DNA of 61,118 bases, the filler included, from Platydemus manokwari (taxonomy: Eukaryota), in NCBI GenBank assembly GCA_037951405.1. It is 5 parts of 5 records of this genome, joined end to end, with 100 filler letters (N's around TTAATTAATTAA, not from the genome) between each part and the next. Parts side by side here need not be neighbours in the genome. Positions count along the whole stretch, not along the records: positions 41,707 to 52,065 come from JBBMOY011140883.1; positions 52,166 to 61,118 come from JBBMOY011323095.1; 3 more parts are not named here. One strand, 5' to 3'. The notes under the pieces are model-generated. The model was not told where the DNA came from, ran no database searches, and worked only from the letters and a program-made list of their open reading frames with translations. Below are positions 50,222 through 61,118 of this stretch, in pieces. The position numbers and the translations under genes were made by a program. Numbering within the stretch: position 1 is the stretch's first letter; every line of letters begins with the position of its first letter.

Positions 50222-50590
50222 TTCATTAGAGAATTTCAAGATAAAATAAATTGAAAAAAAAATTAAAAAAATTAAAGGAATTTCTGAAGATTGTATTAGA
50301 AAATTTCAAGATAAAGTTGATTAGAAATATATTTCAAAATATCGATCAATGTCAAAATCTTTTGTTGGTGAATTTCAGAATTATGTTAAATGGTATTTTA
50401 TTTCAAAATATCAATTTTTATCAGAACCTTTTATCAGAGATTTTCAAAATAAAGTAGATTGGAGGGAAATTTAAGTTCAACAAAAGCTATCTAAATCTAT
50501 TATTAGATAATTTCGAGATAAAGTAAATCGTAGGGAAGATTTCAATACATCAAAAATTATCACAATCTCTTATTAGAGGAATTTAAAAGA
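50222..50590 (+). pseudogene. Degenerate 23-aa tryptophan-repeat coding relic (FIREFQDKVDW...ISKYQ.LSE)
   Basis: About six units at ~69-nt spacing (50225, 50295, 50364, 50433, 50502, 50572), for example FIREFQDK, CIRKFQDKVD, FIRDFQNKVDW, ISKYQFLSEP; stops and frameshifts present. Confidence 0.8.
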
Positions 50591-53500
50591 GAATTGAAAT
50601 AAATTCAAACTTAAAAGATAGTTTAGAAATATTTTTGTGATATTTGTCCAAAAGAAATTTCAAAATCTAATAAATTAAAACACGAAAGATCTAAATATCA
50701 TACGAATTAAGGTACAACTTAAAATACGAATAATACGAATTAAAGCACGAAAAGTATGAATCGTATAAAAAGTGGGAAATTAAAATGTTTAATTTTGTGG
50801 GAGGTAATTCAGTTAAGCTGACATCCGCCACTGATAGAGACTTTTAATAAGCAATTAAAAATAAGTTTTTAAATAAATTTAGTTTTTAAATAAATCTGGT
50901 TGTCATTCCGAGAATTTCATTTGAAAAATTTAAAACCATAAAATAAAGCATTTTAACTGTACATTTTTTGACTGGGTGGGGACAAATCTTCAAGAGCATT
51001 TACAAAATTATGATGAAATTATAAATAATTATAATGAAACCGAAAATTTTGATGACTTATCTTAAATCCCGATTATTCCAGCAATTTTAGAAGAAGAATA
51101 TCAACCTTGTAGATATAATTGATGAAATTGCAAGAGAGTTGATTATATTTCAAAAGATTTACAATCGAGACATTTCAGATTTATAACTGATTCATAAAAT
51201 GAATAGTATTTCTAATCTAACATTTAGAGGAATATTAGAAAATTTTTTAAAAAATTATTACAAAAATAAAGATTGTTTTGGGTCATGGCCAATCAAAAAT
51301 AAAATAACAAAATCCGCAATTAGAGCATTTAAGAAACTCAAAAGAATTTACAATTAAGAAAATTAATGAAAGTCCAAATAAAGGTGACTATTTTCCATAC
51401 TTTTTTATATGAGGCTCAAAATCAATTTAATCTCATCCTGGATAAAACCAGGCTAAAAGCAGTAGGTTCAAAATCATTTTTTAACTTAATATTAGATAAA
51501 ACTGTCTTAACTCATGAAGGTTTCGCTCCAGATTTTTTTGTTTCTCATTTTGTTTTTTAGACTGGTCTCGGGGGGGTTTGAATTATGTTTCCCCTTTTCA
51601 AAGAAACATGCTTGGTTTCATAGAATAATAGGAAGAATTAAATCTGCATGAGATTAACCGGATAGAAATAAATTCTGTTCGAATGAAAAAATCAAAAATA
51701 ACAAACCGGAAAAGCAGTACATATTTTAAATCTTAACCCATTATTTTCCTTGACTAAGCAACACAGTATATAAGGCTCTTAACAATTAATGCCTTTGCCC
51801 CGAAGCTACTAATAAATATAACTGTACATACCCCATATTCTTTCTATTTATTGAGCGAAGCTCAAGTTCCTTAAAATGGACTATTCCCCAATATTGACAA
51901 AAAGGGCTTGTTTGGTCTAAGATTCTTTACCCTGAATTGCACACTGATTTCCAAAGTTTAAGTGTTTAGTGTGGCATTAAATCCTATTCGTATAAAAGTA
52001 TTAATTTTTATATGATTGTCTGTTAGGTAATAACCGTATAAAAGTATTCAATTTATGTATATTTGNNNNNNNNNNNNNNNNNNNNNNNNNNNNNNNNNNN
52101 NNNNNNNNNTTAATTAATTAANNNNNNNNNNNNNNNNNNNNNNNNNNNNNNNNNNNNNNNNNNNNATATATCGATTAAAAACATTAGCAGACCGATAAGC
52201 TAAATATTTGTAAACACCAATGCGTAATCATCATTATTTAATCTTTCATTTTGTGGCTCAATCAATTTTAGCAACAACATAACAAACGTTATCTTTTGTT
52301 TGATATTTTGAACGTCACAACAGAAATACTTCTGTGACAGAATAGCTACTGGGAATAGGTCATCCAGAAAACCAGCTTTAGGACATAAATTTTCTTCAAA
52401 TTTATAAAACGTATTACAAATAAAAATAAAATAAAAATAAATATCGTAGCTGATGTATCGAAATGGAATAGAAATTTTAATAACATATTTTCACACATAA
52501 TCGTAATGAATAATGAATTGAATCCGCTCGATAGGCAGATATGTAATAGCAAATTCGAAATCATATCTGATACTGATGTGTTGAATTCCATGTTTAAAAT
52601 GAGAATCAATTATTGAGTTTATTTTTATTATTTTGGGGATCTTAAAATCAATAAATATTTGAATGATCATTTTGAATAGAAAATATATTGATATTAAAAT
52701 GTAATTGATAAATTTAATTTTATGGATAAGATGGAGAAATAATAGAAGAACATTTAAACAGGATGGTTGAGAAAAACGATATTTAGAATATATAGAAAAG
52801 CAAAAAGAGAATTTATCAGAAAATATAACTAGCATATAAAGAATTTCAAAGAGAAAATATAGAATTATTGTGTTAAATCCATAGCTAAAGCTAAGAAAAA
52901 TAAAAATGTTAATTTATTGAATGTATTGCAAAATCTATATAGTTTATTTAATTACATTCTATCAAAACATTTTGAATTTTTTATTTAATTACTTAAGAAA
53001 AATTTAAGTTTGAAATAAAATATTAAATACATCAGAGCTTCAAAATCTAATAAAATTTGATTATTTGAAAAACGGATCAAAGTAGGTCGAATTGCAGTTT
53101 ATTGAAAATTAGTGAGGCCTCCATTTTTAAAAGTAGAAGCAAATTGAGAGACGCTTCAAAAAAGTGATATTGGAATAATAAACATGTTTGTAGTTTACTA
53201 GCTCGATTTATAATTAAAATAATTAAATTCTAGGAGAATTAATATAATGGCTTATATTTTAAATATAACATTCCGAAGTAAGAAACAACTTCCAAATTAT
53301 TACTTAAGCAGAGCATAACAGTGTTTTCTGCAATTTACAAGTAATCGAGCAAAAATTGTGATTGTTAATCACGTATCAGACTTTGAGTACTCAGTAAAGT
53401 CGTTAAGGCTTTACAGTAGAAAAATTATATAATTATACCGAATTCTAGCTTTATAGTCAATCATAATATCAAGTTATCGTTCAAGTATTCATTACCTAGA

Positions 53501-54011
53501 TTAGATTCTGAACCGATACCTCAACATTATGCAAGGTTTAATCCTATTTTATTTATTAACTTCGAATTTGAGAGCAATAAGACGTTAATATATCTAAGAG
53601 ATATTATCAAATGCTCACAAAGAAACCCAACTCCACTTGAGAATAAAAGAAAATAATTTAGTTTGTCAAGAACTGCGACAATAAAGAAACACCTAACTCT
53701 AAACTAATTATTCTTATTCACATATAGTCTGTATTTGAATACTCACAATATATTGAGGGGTTTCAATATTTGTTATCAACAATATTTTCTTTTTATTTAC
53801 ATTTCTGTCGCAGCTTTTATCCGATAATATTGCTTTTTTAATAAAAAAATTTAGTAAAATAATAGCTCTTAAATAACAAAATTTTTGTTGCTGTGGTTTT
53901 GATCGACTTTAAATAGTGAAAATTCAATTATACGTAACATTATTTTCATCTTGCGAAGTCTTTTTGAGTTAGAAACCCCAAGAAGACAAACATGGGATTA
54001 AGTTATTATTA

Positions 54012-54292
54012 CTGTAAGGGATTAAATCCCCACAGTGTACTTATATATTATACTAATATGGAGCTAACATGCAGTCGCGACAGATGATCTAGATCAAGTG
54101 ATAAGTGTTATGTATGTTGAGTCAAGCGAATCGGTCAATGAACAATTCATCAAATAACCAATTAGTAGTCCTACTCGATAGTGGTGAGTTGAAATGACTA
54201 GAAAATACATCTATCGATACAATTATCGATTATTGATAAACAAATATTCATTGTAATTGACAGCATAAAGAAATTTATAAATTTACATCACA
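54012..54292 (+). mobile_element. Candidate solo LTR
   Basis: Starts TGTAAGGG like the 8991 element and ends ...CATCACA. No TSD seen. Confidence 0.3.
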
Positions 54293-54529
54293 GATTGGGG
54301 TTGGAATTATTTGATGAATGACAGACAACATTTTTTCCTGGCACGCATAAACGGTAGCTTAAAACAAAAGACGAAAAACATTAAAAAGTTACTATCATTT
54401 TTATTATAGCAATTATTATTTTTGTTATTATAATAACTTTTTAAATGACCTTTATTCGTTTTACTGAACTATATTTATTAAATAGCTTATTTCACCTAAA
54501 AATCTCGGTAACTTCAAAATATATTTATC

Positions 54530-55315
54530 ATGATGGCAATCAATCATTTGAAGAATTTATCTTTTTTTGACATGAATCTGTATGGGGAATTATTATCTCA
54601 TCAACTGTATCATCAACTTGTTAAATGCGAAGATCCAAATACGATTTTACACATTATTTATGATCTTTTGAAATATTCGAATCATTGGATAATCAATGAC
54701 TTTGTTGTTTACGATCGTTTGGGGTTGTGTTTGGATTCCTTTCAAGTTGATATTCAACGGAACGCTCTCTTGCTATTGTCAAAATGTTTAATGTTCATCG
54801 ACAGGAATGTCATGAATGAAACAATGAGAGAAATTTTTATTAAAGTATTCTCGTGTACTTTTACTGATGACTTTCAAATGAAAAGCTTGGCTATTCGATG
54901 TTTAATATTAATCTCATCCAGCCTATCCGATTTGGAATTCGCGTCATATATTGAAATGGCTTATCAAATCTTTCTGAATGATAAGGATAAAATTCGGGTC
55001 CACGAAACATTTTCATTGAATATTCAGAAATTGTTCGACAGTTTACCTTCAAGTATATGTCGAGAAAATGTTTGCGAAATTCTCGAAAAAAGAAATAATG
55101 AAAATGATTTTCCATATCAAATTTGTGATTTTCTTCGTCAGAATATCACTGATAAACCGAAGCAAGTAAATGAGAATATAAAGAAAGTCTTTCAAAATTT
55201 TAAACACAATATTTATCGAACACAATACTTGCCAATTGTCGAAAGGAAAGATGAAGAATCAAAAAATATTTCAAATATTTTCACCAAACCTATAAATTAT
55301 GAGGTGAAACTCTGA
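54530..55315 (+). CDS. HEAT/ARM-like helical protein, first exon; likely continues across the gap
   Basis: 261-aa ORF with HEAT-like segments (LCLDSFQVDIQRNALLLLSKCL; FTDDFQMKSLAIRCLILI). A GT donor-like GAGGTGAAA at its end and exon-like blocks after the gap. Confidence 0.55.
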   Translation: MMAINHLKNLSFFDMNLYGELLSHQLYHQLVKCEDPNTILHIIYDLLKYSNHWIINDFVVYDRLGLCLDSFQVDIQRNALLLLSKCLMFIDRNVMNETMREIFIKVFSCTFTDDFQMKSLAIRCLILISSSLSDLEFASYIEMAYQIFLNDKDKIRVHETFSLNIQKLFDSLPSSICRENVCEILEKRNNENDFPYQICDFLRQNITDKPKQVNENIKKVFQNFKHNIYRTQYLPIVERKDEESKNISNIFTKPINYEVKL

Positions 55316-55336
55316 TGATTAATGCCATCAAATTAT

Positions 55337-55484
55337 NNNNNNNNNNNNNNNNNNNNNNNNNNNNNNNNNNNNNNNNNNNNNNNNNNNNNNNNNNNNNNNN
55401 NNNNNNNNNNNNNNNNNNNNNNNNNNNNNNNNNNNNNNNNNNNNNNNNNNNNNNNNNNNNNNNNNNNNNNNNNNNNNNNNNNNN
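55337..55484. other. Sequencing gap (N run)
   Basis: Direct reading. Confidence 0.99.
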
Positions 55485-56089
55485 AATCTTGCAAATGAAA
55501 GTTTGCCAAATATTCTCATTTATCTCTTGCAGGAAATGCTGACAATTCATATCGTTGGTTATTCGTTGATAATGTAACGGCACCCGTAACAATTTATTTA
55601 TAGAAGTGAGGTATTTTGAGTGAGAATTTTGCTGTGTTTTATTCTTTTTCGTAGGAAGTTGACATTAAAAGAGAACATCGTCAGTGTAAATTATCGGTTT
55701 GAAAGAATTGAAGCACCTGATTGTAAATTGAGCTTATTCTAACAAGCTTTTATTTAATCAATCTCAGGTAATTGAAACTGAAATAATGTGCTTGTCCTGT
55801 AATTATCGTATAGAACCCGTTATTATTATGGACTCAAGAATCTCGACAGTGAAAATTTTCTTACGAAATTATCTTGTATTGGTACTGAATTGATCATTTA
55901 TTTCTATTTTATGCTTTATACAAAAGGTTAATCGATTTTATTGAATTCGTATTGGGAATTTCATTGATTTTCTGCCTTTAAATATGTAATTGATCCGATA
56001 AAATAATTTTCATAAAAATCTTTCATTTTAGTTATCATTAAAAATTGAAATTATAAAACAATAAAACTTGCTTTGTCTATGTAAGCATT

Positions 56090-59000
56090 TTAAGTCGAAT
56101 TCAATTTTAGAAGATTTTAATTTGTATTGAATTTAATTTGATATTTAATTTAATTTTATATTGAATTTAATTTTAATTTCAATTTGATTTTCGAAGATTT
56201 AAATTTGTTTTGAATTTAATTTTATATAAATTATATTCTTTTTTATAATAATTGTATTTACCTAGAATTTGATGTCGTGCATTTCAGTTTGTTTTCAATG
56301 CGCTTTTTATAAAATAGTAACGGCTTACAGTCGACATTTTTAAAAATCTAATTTATTTTTATTTAAACTAATTAATTTTATTAAAAGTTAGAAAATGTGA
56401 ATTACAGTTGAGATTGATAATTCTTCACATTCTATTAAATTAATTATTTTCTTCTTTTAATCCATCGATATATATATTCACAAAAGTTTCTAAATCGAGT
56501 CTATTATTGGGCCTATTAATAACCAGGTACGGAGTTCAATGAATTTGGACATGCAACGAAATTATTTTTATCAATGTTGGATTAATTCGGATTTTCCAAA
56601 ATAGGCTTATTCGTGCTTGTAAAAATTTGTATGGCGGGAAAAAAAGAAATTTAAAAATATTATTTAGTTTTTGAATTGTTTTTACAATAATTTTTAAAAT
56701 TTTGATTAATTGACTCAATTATTGTAATTTATTTAATTTAAATATTATTAAATATATTTAAATTAATTAATCAATATTTTTCTTTAATTTATTACATATA
56801 ATCAATATAATGAAATTTAATTAATTATCATTAAATAGATAATTTATTAATTTAATTTATTGACTTAATTTTATTTGAAAATGTTAATTAAATTTTTTTT
56901 AATTATTTAATTAATCAATCGATATTTGTTTCACTTGAATTTTTTTATATTTTGTTGTTTGATTGCTTGCTCTTGGTTTAAAATAAACTCAATAAAGTTT
57001 TAATCAATTAATGAGGTATTTTTTTAATAATAAATTGATAATTAATGAGCTTGATCGATTAAACTATTAATTTATTTCTTATAGAAATTTATTTTAAATA
57101 TTAAGTAATTTTTAACTAATTAATTTAATTAATTATTAAATATTATTAATATGGTAATGCTCATTTCTGACACTTTTTCATTGATAATTTTATTGATTAT
57201 TATGATTTATCGAGTGTAATTTTAAATACGAGTTACAGATAAGAGCAAAAAATTAGAAATTGTTTTAAAACTTCTCACTAAAAATTTCGCCCCTAATTAT
57301 CAGCTAGTGTGTTTCGTACAATTTTCGCATCATAAATTCGTGCCTGGATAAAAAACAAAATGATGGATTATTTAATGGATTTTTGTCTTTTATTCTGGTG
57401 TCCGCTTAATAGAACTTAGAATAAATAACTCGATTGTGATATTGTCATTCATCATGACAGCAGGCGTCACGACAAATGGGATTATTAATCGTTGTCACAA
57501 CAATAATATGGGACGAATCACAACACGTAATACACCCAATCTTGTGATATTTCGCTTCTATCATGATTCATGTTCTCATCGATCGAAATCTGTATCAGAT
57601 CGAATATTCTTGACAAGAAATATTTATTTTCAAGTTTCCATTCAAGTGAGTAGATTGATTGTTTTGTTTCATACAATTTATTGATATACCAGGAAAGAGA
57701 ATTCCACTTGAAGAAGTCAACCAACAAAGAGTTTCAGCACGATATAACTGCACATGATATTAAAAGCCACTTTCGAAATAATACTGTGCTTTTGCCTAGT
57801 CTTTATTTCTCGAGAAAGGAAATATTTTCTTCTAGTTTCATTCAATTCGCGAATTTATAATGACCATCTCTAAGACGGTTATGTTTCTCATCTTTACATA
57901 TTTATCTTTCATAAAATTAAAATGTCGATAATTATAAAAAATCCAAAATTCACCAGGTCATGAACACTTAAAGCTTTGCTTGAAATCTAAACGACTCTAA
58001 GTCAAGATCTGCTTGATGTCGTTACTTTTCAATTAGCTTCCGAAGCGTACTTTATGAAATCGTAGCGGCTTTCATAGTGACTACATATTTATATTCGATT
58101 CTGCGAAGATCTTGTAGAGAATATATAAAGAAGATACAAAGGAGATATAAAAAAGATATAAAGAAGGACTTATGTAAATATATATGGTGTAAGCTGCTAC
58201 TATTTTAAATGCCATACATAAAAAACTAACTGAAAAGTTACGAATTCAAATTCTATTCAAACACAATTATTAAAACAAAAAAAAATAAATTTTATACCAA
58301 ATAAAATTTCATATAAAATTAAATTCCAAATAAATTTAAATCTTGGAAAATCAAATTCAATTTAATATCCCCACACCCCCCTTGCTTTAAAATCTGTGAT
58401 TTTCATTTTATTCTTATTTAACATTGCATGGAACACTCTAATTCTTTTAGGTTTTCATATCTTCTCTACATTTTGTTCATAACTTCTTTGTATCTCATCT
58501 ACATCTTCTCTATATTTATTCCTTATATCTAATCGACGTATTCTTTATATCTTCTCTACATAGTATCTACAAGTCATAACCTCAAATTATATTCAAATAA
58601 ATTATTTAAATAAATTATTTATAACAAATTACATTCTATACAAATTAGAATCTTTGAAAATCAAATTCCAATAAAATATTCCCACATAAGATATTCGATA
58701 CAGCGACAAATTATGCAGAGATTAAGTGTTCGTTTTTGGGGTTGTTGGTTTTTATTTTATCTATTATCTTTAATTTTTAACTTTTCTATTATCAATATCA
58801 GAGTCTAATCAGTCTCTATCAGTTCTATTAACCCCAGGTAACAACAAAACTTATATTTTCTTTAGATCTTCTTTCGGCTGGATCGTTTCAATTTCCGTGT
58901 GAAGACGGGATGAACGGCTCAATAATATTGCTTTTATTATCAGTCTCACTTTTATTGTTAAACGCCTCTTGCACCCTTTCAAAAGCTAATGATTTGACAG

Positions 59001-60135
59001 TGAAATGATTTTTACTGAAATGTGATTGAGAACTCAGGACACTTGTCAAATCAAAAAAACTCTATTTATGACTACTAAAACTATATTTGTTAACAAAATT
59101 ACAATATAAAGTGACTACTTTTATACGATTAAGCTATGGTTAAATATAATGTTACTATTATGCACCAAAACGACAAGAGTTATGCTTCAACTTCTCTACA
59201 AGCTTCGGTAACAATGTTCCCAAGAGGATTAGAACCGTTTGTTAAAGGTATTTTGGCTTAGTCCTATAAATAGGAAGAAATGTGTCTTTGTTGATGTAGA
59301 TAAATGATGATTTTATTGGAATTTATCTTACTTCACTGTTGCGCATTTCTCCTATTGATTTCAGAAAATAACAATTATAAAATTGTTCTTCCAGACAAAT
59401 CTGGACATAAAATGGCAATGGGTATAATGGTTTTTCGGCTTCGAATTGCAAACGAATAGCTTCGGGTTGACACGGCTATGTTCTTGCTTTTATAACAGAT
59501 GAGTTCTTCGTAACAGGCAGTTCAGGGACTACTCATTTTTTAAGTATTATTTATATGGGATTTTATTGTTGGGGATTTTCCAATTAAAATGCGGGCTCTT
59601 TTATTTTAATTGAAAGGAATTTCTTTTGAATGCGGTTGTCAGCTCATTATAAGGGTGGATATTAATATTTAATGGCGGGAATTTATTTTATTCGAATTCA
59701 TTTATTGTTGCCGTCCAAATTTATACGGGTAATTTATTTTTATGCTGGTGATTTTCATATTTCGAGTTTCTTTGATGCGGGCTATTTTTTAGTTGTTGGT
59801 GAAAATATTAGAGGGTTAAATTTATTTGGGTTTAATTAAACGGTTCTAAGTTTTAATAAATTCCAATTTCATTTACAAAAGTATTTATATTATTAAAGAT
59901 ATTTTTTTTCGAGCTTGTCCAGAATAAAAAAGATAAAGGAATAAAAATATAACTAATAATAACATTAGCTACTTTTATACACTTAGAATTTTCATGCAAA
60001 CGAATAAAAAAATAATGTTCATTCCAAAACCCAGCATAAGTATAAAAAGGAATTCAAAGATTTTTAAAAAAAGGTGGGTGTGAGAATTTTTAAATGAATC
60101 CAATTTTTAAAGATTTAATTCGAATTTTATTTAAA
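56090..60135. repeat. Cluster of short AT-rich repeat units in both orientations (56090-56230, 58300-58380, 58640-58686, 60074-60135), plus inverted GA/TC-rich blocks (58113-58168 versus 58455-58560)
   Basis: TTGATTTTCGAAGATTTAAATTTGTTTTGAATTTAATTT versus AAATTAAATTCCAAATAAATTTAAATCTTGGAAAATCAA; CCCACA ends versus GTGGGTGTG. Confidence 0.6.
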
Positions 60136-60599
60136 ATTATATTAATTTGTTTAAATAATTGCATATACCTATATAATTTCGTGTCGTGGCTTTTCAGATA
60201 GTTTCCCGAGCGTGCTTGATCAAACATAAACATACTGAATATCATTGCGTTCTACCTTGATATCGATTTTCTATTGTTTGATACAATAATACTAAACTCA
60301 GATAATTATCGATTTTTAATATACTAATCATGTAAAAATTCACGTAAATCAATCATTTGGACAATCGTTGTCAGAATCCCAATTATCCGGAAAATTGTTA
60401 AGAAAATATTAACATTTCAAGGTATGAAAATAAAGTCGCAAATTCGATTTATCAAGTGCTCTTCAATTTGAGATTATTTTCGTGTCGATGAAATATCATT
60501 GAAAGAGAAATTAATATTATGAATTTGATGAATTAAAACAATTTTGATATCAATACGAGAAACTACACATCGATATGGATATGTTTAATGAATATTTGA

Positions 60600-60900
60600 T
60601 GATCGACTATTTATGATGCTACTGTTATACATCGGCGCTTGCCAATACCAATTTTAAACCAGCATAACATATTGCATCATCACACACGCATATATGCGAG
60701 TCGGATGATTTCAGATTGTGGTGGCTTAGTATACCAAAATTGAATATAAAATGGCAGCAGTAAAAAAATAAAATAAGACTAAAAATATAAACTTTTCCCT
60801 TTCGTTGGATAATACACATTCAAGACCAGACATTATAGACAGTAAAATAAATATAAAATTCGTTAAAAGTATAATTTTATATTCATTCCATCATTTAGTA
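60600..60900 (-). pseudogene. Possible Cys-loop ion channel TM-region pseudogene
   Basis: Frameshifted hydrophobic segments with NEREKF (GEK-like) and PPQSEII (PPTSLVI-like) loops. Weak. Confidence 0.22.
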
Positions 60901-61118
60901 GAGGGTCAATACAAAGATTAAATGAAATGAATATTTCTCTCGGTTATCTTAATAGAGATTCCGTGGAGGAATACAGATTATGATTATTAATCGGTATCAA
61001 ATTAATATTGAGTGTTGTGTTTATGCCAATATCAATTCATAACAAATAATCAATTAATTGATGATATATTTTGATGGCGTGAAAAATTATACATAATCAA
61101 AAAAATAAATGTTTTAAT

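Noticed and set aside
50222-50590. Regularly spaced repeats as a possible CRISPR array
   Set aside because: Eukaryotic context, degenerate units conserved at the protein level (23-aa period) and no cas genes.
55290-55592. ORFs spanning the N gap
   Set aside because: Artefacts of translating Ns.

Overview
A very AT-rich eukaryotic (metazoan) scaffold segment with short GT-AG introns, mostly about 40-60 nt. The compact style resembles reduced spiralian parasites such as orthonectids, but that is an inference only. Four 100-nt N/TTAATTAATTAA/N linkers and one plain N gap break it into contigs. Recognisable genes are an intronless DEG/ENaC channel, a multi-exon Ig-superfamily type I receptor that I reconstructed by hand (signal peptide, Ig domains, TM helix, tail with two tandem ITIM-like motifs, decayed Gypsy element in intron 2), an intronless 7TM/GPCR-like gene, the 3' exons of TMEM184, IDI1, a DMRTA-class DM-domain gene, histone SLBP, a Ser/Thr-rich orphan ORF and a HEAT/ARM-like ORF. 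The intergenic DNA holds decayed retroelements (Gypsy, an RLE-type non-LTR 3' end, RT relics, candidate solo LTRs), a degenerate 23-aa tryptophan-repeat relic of a kind known from large DNA viruses, and several dispersed repeat or pseudogene families. All gene models and alignments were made by eye.
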